A DNA stretch of 64,000 bases from Octopus sinensis. Lineage: Eukaryota. Both the position numbers and the translations under genes were made by a program. Positions 52,416 through 64,000 of this stretch are shown here, in pieces (position 1 is the stretch's first letter; every line of letters begins with the position of its first letter). The stretch covers positions 47,368,001 to 47,432,000 of the forward strand of contig NC_043008.1 of the NCBI RefSeq assembly GCF_006345805.1, read 5' to 3'. Under the pieces are notes generated by a model that was not told the DNA's origin, did not search any database, and saw only the letters and a program-made list of their open reading frames with translations.

Positions 52416-53221
52416 AGATTGAAACCCTGATCTAAGGGACACTGTTGTTGCTGTACGCTAATAAACCCTTCAATGACTTCAGTCTGAAGCAATAAAACAC
52501 AAATGGATGATTGATTCACTAATGAACCGTGATCAATCTGTCTTTTAAACGTTTTCCTCTCATTCTTCCTGTTTATAAATACCATTTTGATTCCTTGTTG
52601 CAGCAAACTTCCACCCGGACATATTCCATGTACTCTTTTCTATAAATTTTACTTTGATTCATTCCTTCCTCAGTTTCTGATTCCAACATGTCGCTGTCTT
52701 TCCTGCCAATAAAACCGATCCTTTTGAAATCCTGTAGCTTTATTTTTTTTTTACTGCAAGCAACGACCTACAAATGTTCAAACTAAACAACATATCTTCC
52801 TCGCTATTATTGAAAGGCGAGCAAATGTCACAGACATTGCTCTTCTCCCGGGGCTAACTTTAAAAAAAAATGTTTCAATATTGTTGATAAAATATGTTTC
52901 TCAGCCTGCTATTCTAAATAAAATATTCTTAAGCTTTCCTTTGTTTCATTATAGAAACATAAATCCACACCATCATAACTATTCTTTCAATAGGTTAAGA
53001 AACAATCTTCCCAGCAGTTATTCAATTCTCTAATCTTCAAACTTTCATGATGCCAGCAAGTAGAACCATGACCTGTCACAGCTGGAGCTTAAGACATCCA
53101 ACATGGTCGATAAGATCGTGAATATCCAAGACTCTTTTTGCATTTTCTTAAGCCTCGCAGGCCTTCAGCATTTGTTTTTCAGGGATATCGATTAATATTT
53201 AATTATACACAGAAATAAAAT

Positions 53222-53233
53222 AGACAGACAGAC

Positions 53234-53308
<75 letters not shown>

Positions 53309-53398
53309 GAGATAGAGAGAGAAGAGAAGAGCTAGATGGGTGGAGAGAGAGGAGATAATAGATAGAATGAGATAGATAATAGATAGATTGATAGATAT

Positions 53399-53446
<48 letters not shown>

Positions 53447-53463
53447 GTAGGTAGATAGGTAGG

Positions 53464-53556
<93 letters not shown>
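53222..53556. repeat. (GATA)n arrays
   Basis: Direct reading. Confidence 0.97.
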
Positions 53557-53558
<2 letters not shown>

Positions 53559-53666
53559 AGGAAGATGAAGTGGTTATACGAACAAACTGCATGTATGTAT
53601 GCAGAGAGAATTACATACGAGAGAAATGGATAGATGGCAGGTAGGTAGGGAATATGTGTGTCTATG

Positions 53667-53746
<80 letters not shown>

Positions 53747-54022
53747 GATATATATGATATATATACATACAGGCGTGCACACACATATATATATGCATAC
53801 ATTATATATAGTTTAATAATAAGGTTCAAACGAAATACTAACATTACAAAATCATTTAATCCGTACGTTTCAGGTTTGCATGATTTACAACAGGAAAGGA
53901 ATTCATTGCGTAAACCTTCCACAGTTAAAGACTTTCCAAAATACAAAGAAATTGTGAGAAATGTTTTAATATATGTTGTTAGAACAGTAAGGCGGTTACC
54001 AACTTTCTGGTGTATATATATA

Positions 54023-54360
54023 TATAAAAATAAGTAACAAGGATATCAAAGGTAGAGTAGTACAATTGTTTCATGCTACTTCATTTTATTAAACACTGTA
54101 TTACATCAGTTTTAAAATGTAAAGCAATCTTCAGCCACATATAGAATTTTTTTTATTAAAAGGACAATGTATATTTTTATACTTATTTCATTTGCCAACA
54201 TTATAAAAATGTACATTGTCCATTTAATTAAAAAAATTCTATATGTGGCTGAAGATTGCTTTACATTTTAAAACTGATGTAATACAGTGTTTAATAAAAT
54301 GAAGTAGCATGAAACAATTGTACTACTCTACCTTGGATATCCTTGTTACTTATTTTGATA
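54023..54360. repeat. Long near-perfect palindrome (about 159-bp arms, 20-nt loop)
   Basis: Arms 54023-54181 and 54202-54360 with only a few mismatches. Confidence 0.95.
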
Positions 54361-54513
54361 AAAATCACCCCATTTGATTTATATGGATAATTCCATACCA
54401 AATTCTGGTGCCTTTAACTTAAGTACCATATTCATCTGAATCTAACTTTTGCTGAACTTATATATATATACTATATGATATAATACACATATAATCATAT
54501 ATATACACAGATA

Positions 54514-54585
<72 letters not shown>

Positions 54586-56712
54586 CTATATAATATATAT
54601 ATATATATAATCATACACTTCTCATTATTTAGTTTTTCTTTCCTTTATCCCTCCTCTTTCTATAGGCTACATCTGACGTAATATCTTATAACGTCTTTTT
54701 GAAACAATATTAATAGCGTTCAGTAAATCACTGTACATATCCATCATTTTCTGTTAAAATGTCTTATTGACGCGTTTCATTTCTTCACTTCTCTGAAGAG
54801 AAGATTACATTGTTTTACACCATTTTATTCCTTTGGAATACTACCAGTGATATCTTAGAAACATGGGTGAGAAGTAAAAGAATTTGAATAACACCTGCAT
54901 TTAGCTCCATTTATTTATTTATATATATTATGCAAAATATTTCACGTAAGCCCGAAGTTTCTACCTTTACTTGTGTGATTTTTGTTACCCTGGTAACTAT
55001 TTATCTATTTTCTCCGTGTTAATTGTTAACAAGGTTAAAGTACACACATCTCTCTCCCCTCCCCTCTCTCTCTCTCTCCCTCTCTCTCTCTCTATATATA
55101 TAATATGTATATATATATATATATGTATATTATATATAATATATTATATATTATATAATATATATTATATATATGTAGGTATATATGCAATGTGTGTATT
55201 TGGATGTGTATATATTTATGTCCATAAGTGTATATGTCGACATATATGCATATGTGTATGAATGCGTGTGTGTGTGTGTAAATAGCTTAGTACGTATGCG
55301 TTTGTATGTGCAAATACAAGTCCGTGTGGCTGAAATATGAAGTATATTTAAGTATATAAATCTCTTTAAAACACCCCTAATCCTATGACAGACGTCTTAT
55401 GCAATATATCTTACAGAAGAAGATATTCCTAAGAACTCTTCGGCTTGGTACAGGCGTCTAACCTAGAGTCGTTCCACCATTTTAGACTGCTTTTAACACA
55501 TCACACTTAATGTAGGTTGTTAAGTGATAAAAATAAAATGATGCATTTGTGAGGTGTCATTGTGCAGCGGAGCTTGACTCATTTGAATAATGTTCGACTG
55601 AAAGACTGATGCATTTCAAATATATAACTGCAACATAATTATTAATATCATTCAGTGTACTTACTACCATATACATGTGTATAAATGAGTGGGTTTGTGC
55701 GTGCGCGCGCGCGTGTGTGTTTACGCAGATCTGCCATCTTGTTCAAGATGACGTAGGTTATCTTTATTTTCATAGTCTAACAAATATGCTTAATTTTATA
55801 GCTTTTAATATAAATTTGTCTGCTTCGGTTCCTTCTCGCTGATTTTATAATAACGAATCATTTAAATAAAGAGTAACATATTAAGACCTGCAGTCACAAT
55901 TCGCACCTGGTTGATGTCACACACCTATGTCACACCTGTTTGATGTCACACACCGTACCATGAGAAATGTTAATGAATCTTTTAAACTTACCGTCAGCCA
56001 TCTCATGCTGGCTCTCCTTTGCCAGATCATACTCTCTTTCAAACTACCACTTCACGCTCTACTATACAAATTCCAGGTTGTTTTTTTTTCTCTTCGCCGA
56101 CAATATTTTCTTGGAGATAATTAATTTTTCACATTAAAATCTGCCCAACTGCATTAGCAAGAACAGATCAAGACTCTCTTAATATGAGAGCCACATTCCT
56201 CTGAAGCACGATGGGTTCTATCAATCTAGTTGATTAGAACAATTCTTATCTACGAGTATTCAAATAAATTACTGGTGAATATATTGTAGTCGCAATATTA
56301 TAGAAATCATTTATATGGTGTTTAATATTATTTCCATTTAACATCAATTGATTTTAATACAAACTGGAATGTTATTGCAAAGTATCAGCTAGACGAACTG
56401 AAGATGGAATTTAAGTAAAATGTTGTGTATTTTAATTGATGGCTATTACACAATGTTTTAATTAATCGAGCATTACAATTACATAGTGGCTCCACTCTTT
56501 CGTGGGAAGGTGGCAGGAAATAGTGTTTAGACTTGCATACTTTTAATTTAGACGGTAACACTGTACCTTCCAAGCTGGTTATTACTACTTCTTGTACACT
56601 CCAAAACGAACAGTGTATTTCCAGACCTATACTATATAAAACGCAGTAGGACTGTAAAACTATTAACCATCATTGACTAAATGGACTGTTGTTTAATGTA
56701 TTGCTCTCGGCA

Positions 56713-56927
56713 AGGTGGCGAGCTGGCAGAACCGTTAGCACGCCGGGTGAAATGCGTAGCTGTATTTCGTCTGCTGTTACGTTGAGTTCAAATTCCGCCG
56801 AGGTCGACTTTGCCTTTCATCCTTTCGGAGTCGATAAATTAAATACCAGTTACGTACTGGGGTCGATCAAATCGACTGCCCCACTTCCCAAAAATTTCGG
56901 GCCTTGTGCCTGGATTAGAAAAGAATA
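56713..56927 (+). mobile_element. SINE family B, monomer with the alternative tail and a 14-bp TSD
   Basis: TSD tatt(g/c)ctctcggca at 56699-56712 and 56928-56941 (1 mismatch). Confidence 0.92.
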
Positions 56928-57506
56928 TATTCCTCTCGGCAGTGCATAACTTGAAACTTTCTTTTGTGAAATTATCTTAAATACAATAACACCATTAGCA
57001 AGCCTCGTACGTTCCCCTTTTCTCTGGTTTCACAATTTAAACTTGCCTTGAACTCGAATCAAAATGCTAATAGCATTTGTAGATTGTGAATCACGTTATA
57101 TATATATTATATATATATATATAATATAGATATAGATATATATTATATATATATTATTATATATATATATGTATGTATGTATGTATATATATATATATAA
57201 TTTTTCCGTAATAAGAGATAAAAACCAAGCGTGTGTAGATTTTTGAACATTTATAAATAGATGGTCTTACGGCTGTTTCTAGTATATCTACTATATAATA
57301 CATATAATATATAATATATATAATAAATATCCTAGAAAAATATCCTAGAAATAATTTTTATATACACACGCTGATATATGACCTTATTCGCATAATCACC
57401 GAACCTGGAACTTAACTATGGTCTATCCATAGCACTTATTCAGCTTTACGTGACACCTTTGGGTGTCACTGACAACATTACCTCTCATAACCCTATATAT
57501 ATATAT

Positions 57507-57636
57507 ATACTAGTAAACGCCCCCTCCACGGTCCATTGTAAAATTTTAGCGCGATCAGCTGAAAAATGCGGCTGTTATAATTTTTTTTACACACATACAC
57601 ACACAGACAGAACGGGATTTATTTATTAAATATATA
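57507..57636 (+). mobile_element. Short Helitron/Helentron-type (HINE-like) non-autonomous element
   Basis: Layout tatactag-...gcccc...cggtcc-...(CA/GACA)n-...tttatttat resembles DINE-1/HINE organisation. Pattern recognition only. Confidence 0.4.
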
Positions 57637-58588
57637 CCTCAACCCCATCGTAGACGCTCACTTTTGGAAATACATGGAGACAATATCGGTAACATTTGCC
57701 AACCCAATAACCTAAATCAAAGAGAGTTGTTGACATTACCAACCAGGAATGTTAAAGGTTACAAATATGTATTACCTTTTACGTTGGAAAAAAAATACAA
57801 TTAATGTGCAAAAGGTCGAAGGAAATTGTAAAGTTTAATCATAAAAACGAAAGTCACCACTTTGGTTTAAAATGAAAGGAATCACAAGGAAAACGAAAAC
57901 AAATGTTGGTGGTATATTTTTTTTATTTTCCATTCCTTTATTTATCCATTCATTGGGAATACAAAAGTCTTAAATTTAAATGTTGAATCAAGTTCTTCTT
58001 ATTAATCAGTTGTATATAACGAATTGATAAAGAAGAAAGCGACAGCGAGAAATAAAGCTTGATAGTTATCGAGATACAAACAGAAACGTAATAAAAAAAA
58101 ATGAACTAAAGTTTGAAGAATGATTGCAGGAAATAGCAACAAAACATTCCGAATTGAAAAAAAAGTGTATAAAATCTGAACAAATATTGAATTGGTTGTG
58201 TTTAGAGTATACTTAATGTTCAATAAAAAGCTAAGTACATCAAAGATTAGGTTTAGATATAGGTGTGTGTATAGAGATAGGAAGAGAAAGTCAGGTAGAT
58301 GTGGAAAAGGAGGGAAGAGGCGGTGAAAGAAGGAAAGGTAGACAGGAAGACAATTTGTGAGTGTGTGTGTGTTTGTATCTATACCTGTGGGGTTCATACA
58401 TGCAGGTGTGTAAGAGAGGTGGGAAAGGAGAGAGGAAGAGAGAGAGAGAGAGGAGAGAGAGAAGGGGGGACTGCTGCAGACAGGTTTGATTATGAAACAA
58501 ATAAAAACTTAGTCATAAGTCTTAAACACTAATACATCCAAATCGATTAAACACATGGTATGTAATTGCCTTTCATGCTATTCGTATG

Positions 58589-58636
<48 letters not shown>

Positions 58637-58852
58637 CTGTGGTGAGTGTGTAAATATGCGCGCGGGCAGTGTGTGTGTTATGATATTAAGTTAAATTTCC
58701 ATAAAAAACAATATTATCTATTAAATAAATTATCCTCGAAATATGTTATTGTTGTTGTTGTTATTATTATTATGTATTTATTATTATTATTATTATATTA
58801 TTATCATTATATTATATTATTATCATTATTATTATTATTATCATTATTATTC

Positions 58853-58889
<37 letters not shown>

Positions 58890-59086
58890 GTAATTGTTAT
58901 TCGTGTTTGTTATAACTATAGTCATTTATAAACAATCTACACTGATTGTAATTAATTTGACACCTGGCAACGTGGCTCCAGTTTAAAAGATAAGAGCTTA
59001 ATGGCAATGTCATAAATGAAATTGTTATTGTTGCTGGTGTTCTTCCTACTTTAACTGTCGTTTATTATATAATCATTCTTATTTCC

Positions 59087-59087
<1 letters not shown>

Positions 59088-59152
<65 letters not shown>

Positions 59153-59162
59153 GTATTGTATT

Positions 59163-59224
<62 letters not shown>

Positions 59225-59226
59225 GT
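59088..59226. repeat. (TTA)n array
   Basis: Direct reading. Confidence 0.98.
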
Positions 59227-59639
59227 TATTAGCATCGTGATTACCATCGTCATGTGAGCAAACTAGAGTACCGGTGCGAGTAAAGACCATTTATATAAGC
59301 CGTGTTTAAACGAAAGTCTAAGAACAATTCACATTTTTAATGGGCAAAAGATGCGAAGAAAAGAACGTGAAGAAGAATGAAGGTAAGAGAAAAGAAAAGC
59401 GAAAGAAATTACAAAAGAGAAATGAATTTCGAAAAGAATAAATCGTAAACGGCTGAGGAGCGAATCCTTGTTAATGAGATTTTCAAAGACCAAACAGTTT
59501 CAATGAGGCGATTGAAGGAGGAAAAAGATTTAGGAAGAAATGTGAATGAAAAGACATAAGAAGAGAAAGAACTTTAATGGAAACATGTTGGAATAAACAT
59601 TTACAAATGTAAGGAGGATCTTTTTGAGAAATTTGTATG

Positions 59640-59669
59640 TGTATATATATATATATGTTTTTATATATA

Positions 59670-59727
<58 letters not shown>

Positions 59728-60007
59728 TATATAATATTATATATATATTATATATATTATTATATATATTATATATATTATTGTATATATATATATAATA
59801 TATATATATTATATATTCATAATATATATATATATATGTATATATATATATTACATATATACATATATATATAACATATATACATATATATATATTATAT
59901 ATAGATATATATATACTATATATATATATATATATATAAATATATATATAACATATAAATATATAGATATAATATATATATATATTATATATTATATATA
60001 TATATAT
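59640..60007. repeat. Compound (AT)n array
   Basis: Direct reading. Confidence 0.97.
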
Positions 60008-60021
60008 TTGAAAAAGGAGAG

Positions 60022-60356
60022 ACGATTTCACTGATTTCTAATCAATTCATTTTCTGATAATATAATTTTACAGTTTGGTTTAGATCTAGTAAGTTCTTTG
60101 TTAGCTTCGGTGGCGAGACATTAAAGATTCCTTGTTAACTTATCTGGAGAACTTTCGTCGGTGGTGGCTGTGGAACTGATCTGTTTGATAACCGCCTCCG
60201 ACGAGTGAAAGAATGCAAGAAAGTTCTCCAGAAAAGTTAACTAGGAATCTTTAATGTCTCGCCACCGAAGTTAAGAAAAAATTTACGAGATGTACAAACC
60301 AAACTGTAAATTATATTATCAGAAAATGAAATGATTAGAACTACCAGTGAAGTCGT
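60022..60356. repeat. Long imperfect palindrome (about 135-bp arms plus an inner stem)
   Basis: Arms share blocks such as cttcggtggcgagacattaaagattcc and ggaatctttaatgtctcgccaccgaag. Inner stem tcgtcggtggtgg / ccgcctccgacga. Confidence 0.92.
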
Positions 60357-60422
60357 TCTTTTCCTTTTTCAACTTAAATGTCCCTACTTGTACCTTGGAC
60401 TTCACAACATTCCAATATATAT

Positions 60423-60473
<51 letters not shown>

Positions 60474-60493
60474 ATATATATATAGATAGATAG

Positions 60494-60529
<36 letters not shown>

Positions 60530-61083
60530 GATAGATAGATACATAGATATAGATACATATATGTATAAGTATATATATATATGCATGTATGTATATATTA
60601 CTATATATATATATATATATATGTATCTGTGTGTGTATATATATGTGTGTGAGAGAGTATCCATATATATGTGTGTGTGTGCATGTGTCTATGTGGTATG
60701 GAAATGAGTTTCTAAAGACGTTACAGATTTTGGTCAAGTATATTTCCACATATATAATTACATATCAAACAGTAGGTTGCAATTTTTGTTGAAGTTGTGT
60801 ATAAAGTTGTTGCAGTTATTGCACATAATTGAAGTTGTGATACGAATAACAATTAATACGCTTGGAATCATGCGGACTCGTGCAGTGCAATCCTCAATCA
60901 AGAGTGCCGACCACAAAAGAAATGTTATTAACTCTGGCTGAGTGATGCCAATGTCATGAAGACGCTGGTTAGTGAGACAATGAAGGATTGTTTTCGCTTA
61001 GGAATTTTTAGATCCAATCTTAACACAATATAGAAATATTATGGTTCCTGTTCAGTAGTTTAAAATTTAGGCATAATCCATAT

Positions 61084-61143
<60 letters not shown>

Positions 61144-61908
61144 ATGTCTTATATATATATATGTAATATGTTTTATATATTATGTATATGTATTATATAA
61201 ATGTATATATACATATATATATATATATACATAAATACATGCGTACATACATACATATATGCATATATATGTATACACGCGCTCACACACGCACACACAT
61301 ACATATATATACACATATATACATACATATTTTAAGATAATAAAGTATGTAAGCAGTTTGTATGTGTGTCCTTGTGGTTGTGGCTGTGTGTATATATATG
61401 CATGTGTAAACGGAAGCGATTCATGCCATCCCCTCATGTAATGGGCTGCGAAAATGAACAATTGTTTCAGGACATTTCGTTCAGTTCTACTAATTCACAA
61501 GAATCAATGCATTTTCCGTCATCTTCTTTCATATACAGCTCGCCTTTTGTCAAGAGAACGAGCTTCCACTTTGGATGAAATTTCATATGCATATCCAAGC
61601 CTACATACCGACCTACATACATACATTCATACATACATGAACATGCATATATTGATAAACGGATATATACATAAAAATATAGTATATATGTATATATACA
61701 TAAGTTATAATGTATATGTATATGCATATGTGTATATATATCTATATCTCTCTATCTATCTTTTCATACATATATATATATGTGTGTGTGTGTGTGAGTG
61801 TGTGTGTGTAAATATCTATGTATATGTATATATATATATACATATATCTGCATGTACATATGTATATACGTTTGTATGTAAGTGTACATTCTTCCATGTA
61901 TATCCTTG

Positions 61909-61960
<52 letters not shown>

Positions 61961-61962
61961 GT

Positions 61963-61997
<35 letters not shown>

Positions 61998-62269
61998 ATT
62001 GATACGAACAATCTGAAACTAACCAACTCTCTACTTGTATACTTAAAACCTTTTTAAATTACTTTTACATTGCATGCCATGATTTAGACCACCACTGCCT
62101 TCTTAACAGCGAAATGACATTATTTTGTCAATGTGACATATATATATATATATTTTTCATAAAACTTTGTCTAAATATTTGGAATTATTTTTGCAACGAA
62201 TCACTTATTTATATGTGTTTCATCTTGTCTGCAAGCCATGCTGGTAAATTTGAAGGATAATATTATTAG

Positions 62270-62310
62270 CTATTATTATTATTATATTATTATTATTATT
62301 ATTATTATTA

Positions 62311-62347
<37 letters not shown>

Positions 62348-62470
62348 TTATTATATTATTATTATATTATTATTACTATTATTATTATTATATTATTATT
62401 ACTATTATTTTATTATTATTATATTATTATTATTATTGTATACATTATTATTATTATTGCCATTATTATC
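62270..62470. repeat. (TTA)n array
   Basis: Direct reading. Confidence 0.97.
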
Positions 62471-62750
62471 TTCTTCTATTTTCATATCTGTCGGTTTCCT
62501 TTTTCCCCATTGCTCGTTATAATTCAACAACAATTATGTTGACTGCACAGGATTTCACTGGGTTCTCCGTAGTGAAAGAAATGAAAATACACAATTTAAT
62601 TCCAAACTGAAAACAGGAGAGAAAAAGTAGTTTCCAACATTTGCATAAAAAAGTCTTCTTCTTATTATGCACCTCAGCCAGTTTTATTTATTTATTTATT
62701 TTTCTACTTCAAATTTAAGTATTTGTGTCATAAACAGATGTCGACATGAA

Positions 62751-62795
<45 letters not shown>

Positions 62796-62809
62796 CATAC
62801 ATACATATA

Positions 62810-62887
<78 letters not shown>

Positions 62888-63139
62888 CAGATTTTGTTAT
62901 CATAGTTTTGTTAATAATTATCGTTTTTATAATATAGTATGTTGATGAGAAAAAGAGAAAATAAAGAAGGTTTTTGAAGGAGATAGAATATTGCAATATT
63001 ACAGGTAATATACGATTACAATGAGAATAAATGTGTAATACACGGCACAAAATACCAAATATTTATACGTCGTAGAGAAAATTTGGAATAAAATATTGAA
63101 ACAACTGCAGACATCATATACAATTATATTTAACAAGTC

Positions 63140-63146
63140 TCATATT

Positions 63147-63207
<61 letters not shown>

Positions 63208-63407
63208 TATATTATTGTAATTATAATTATTTAGTGATGTATTTATATATAATCTTATATATATTATATATATATAGTATATATACACTTGCACAAACAT
63301 TTATGCATATATATTGTACATATGTGTTTTATATGTATATATATATACATATATATATATATACATATATACATACACACACACACACACACACCACATA
63401 TATATAT

Positions 63408-63440
<33 letters not shown>

Positions 63441-63496
63441 GTATATATATGTATGTATATATATGTAATATATATATGTATTTATATAATATATAT

Positions 63497-63541
<45 letters not shown>
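63140..63541. repeat. Compound (AT)n array just downstream of the M13 stop codon (probable 3'UTR)
   Basis: Direct reading; UTR status is inferred from position. Confidence 0.93.
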
Positions 63542-63547
<6 letters not shown>

Positions 63548-63706
63548 GTGGATTTTATAGCGTTAAAACCTCTTTTGTAGTGTCCTCTCATTTGTACATC
63601 TGCTCGAGGTAATAATGTTCAGTCACCAGAAATTGAAGGTACACCGAGGAGAAAACACATAGAAATGTTGAGTGTGACACTGTGCAGTGAACCGTCGAAC
63701 AGCATC

Positions 63707-63806
63707 TCACCACACTGAGCACTTCTTCTCTGGATTCATGTAGCTGCCTTTTGGGCAGTTGAAGGCTTCTGAAAATTCCTTCGAATTATGCAGCGTACCA
63801 ATAACC
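63707..63806 (-). CDS. Terminal coding exon of an M13-family zinc metallopeptidase (neprilysin/endothelin-converting-enzyme-like); the rest of the gene lies beyond the window's right edge
   Basis: Manual minus-strand translation: acceptor ...gttttgcaacAG|G (phase 2), then [35 protein letters not shown]. This matches the conserved M13 C-terminus (R)VIGxLxNSxEFSxAFxCPxGSxMNPxxKCxVW*. One exon cannot separate the paralogues. Confidence 0.93.
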
Positions 63807-64000
63807 CTGTTGCAAAACGAAACAAAAATTTTCCATTATAATAAATATTTACATATTTAAACCAATTATTTCAAGGTTGTGATAACATTTATGCGCTGCT
63901 AGTTTCAGATTTCGTGTTATTATATTTCCTAGTATGACTTCTTAAATTCATTGTTGAATAATTTCCATACATATTCTGTTTATAGAGAGAGATTTCGTTC

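Noticed and set aside
52600-53200. Possible pogo/Tigger transposase fossil on the minus strand
   Set aside because: Only a vague motif resemblance; too degenerate to support.

Overview
AT-rich, microsatellite-saturated eukaryotic DNA. It is most likely from an octopod cephalopod: this is inferred from recalled SINE families and repeat style, not from a database search. The short ORFs in the track are mostly microsatellite noise or transposon debris. The only host exon I can support confidently is the terminal coding exon of an M13 (neprilysin/ECE-like) metallopeptidase on the minus strand at 63707-63806. The rest is transposable-element material: several tRNA-derived SINE families (some with clear TSDs), two RT-less Tx1/L1-clade LINEs, two REL-endonuclease (R4/Dong-like) LINE 3' fragments, Tc1/mariner remnants, a Penelope-like tail and several long foldback elements. 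No rRNA, true tRNA gene or CRISPR array was found. The best leads concern transposon biology: (i) different LINE clades sitting in different microsatellite classes; (ii) a SINE whose tail matches a Tx1 3' end and which forms dimers at a fixed junction; (iii) a minimal type I hammerhead-like fold; (iv) branched or long hairpin elements inside (TA)n. A few splice-signal-only exon candidates are listed at low confidence.
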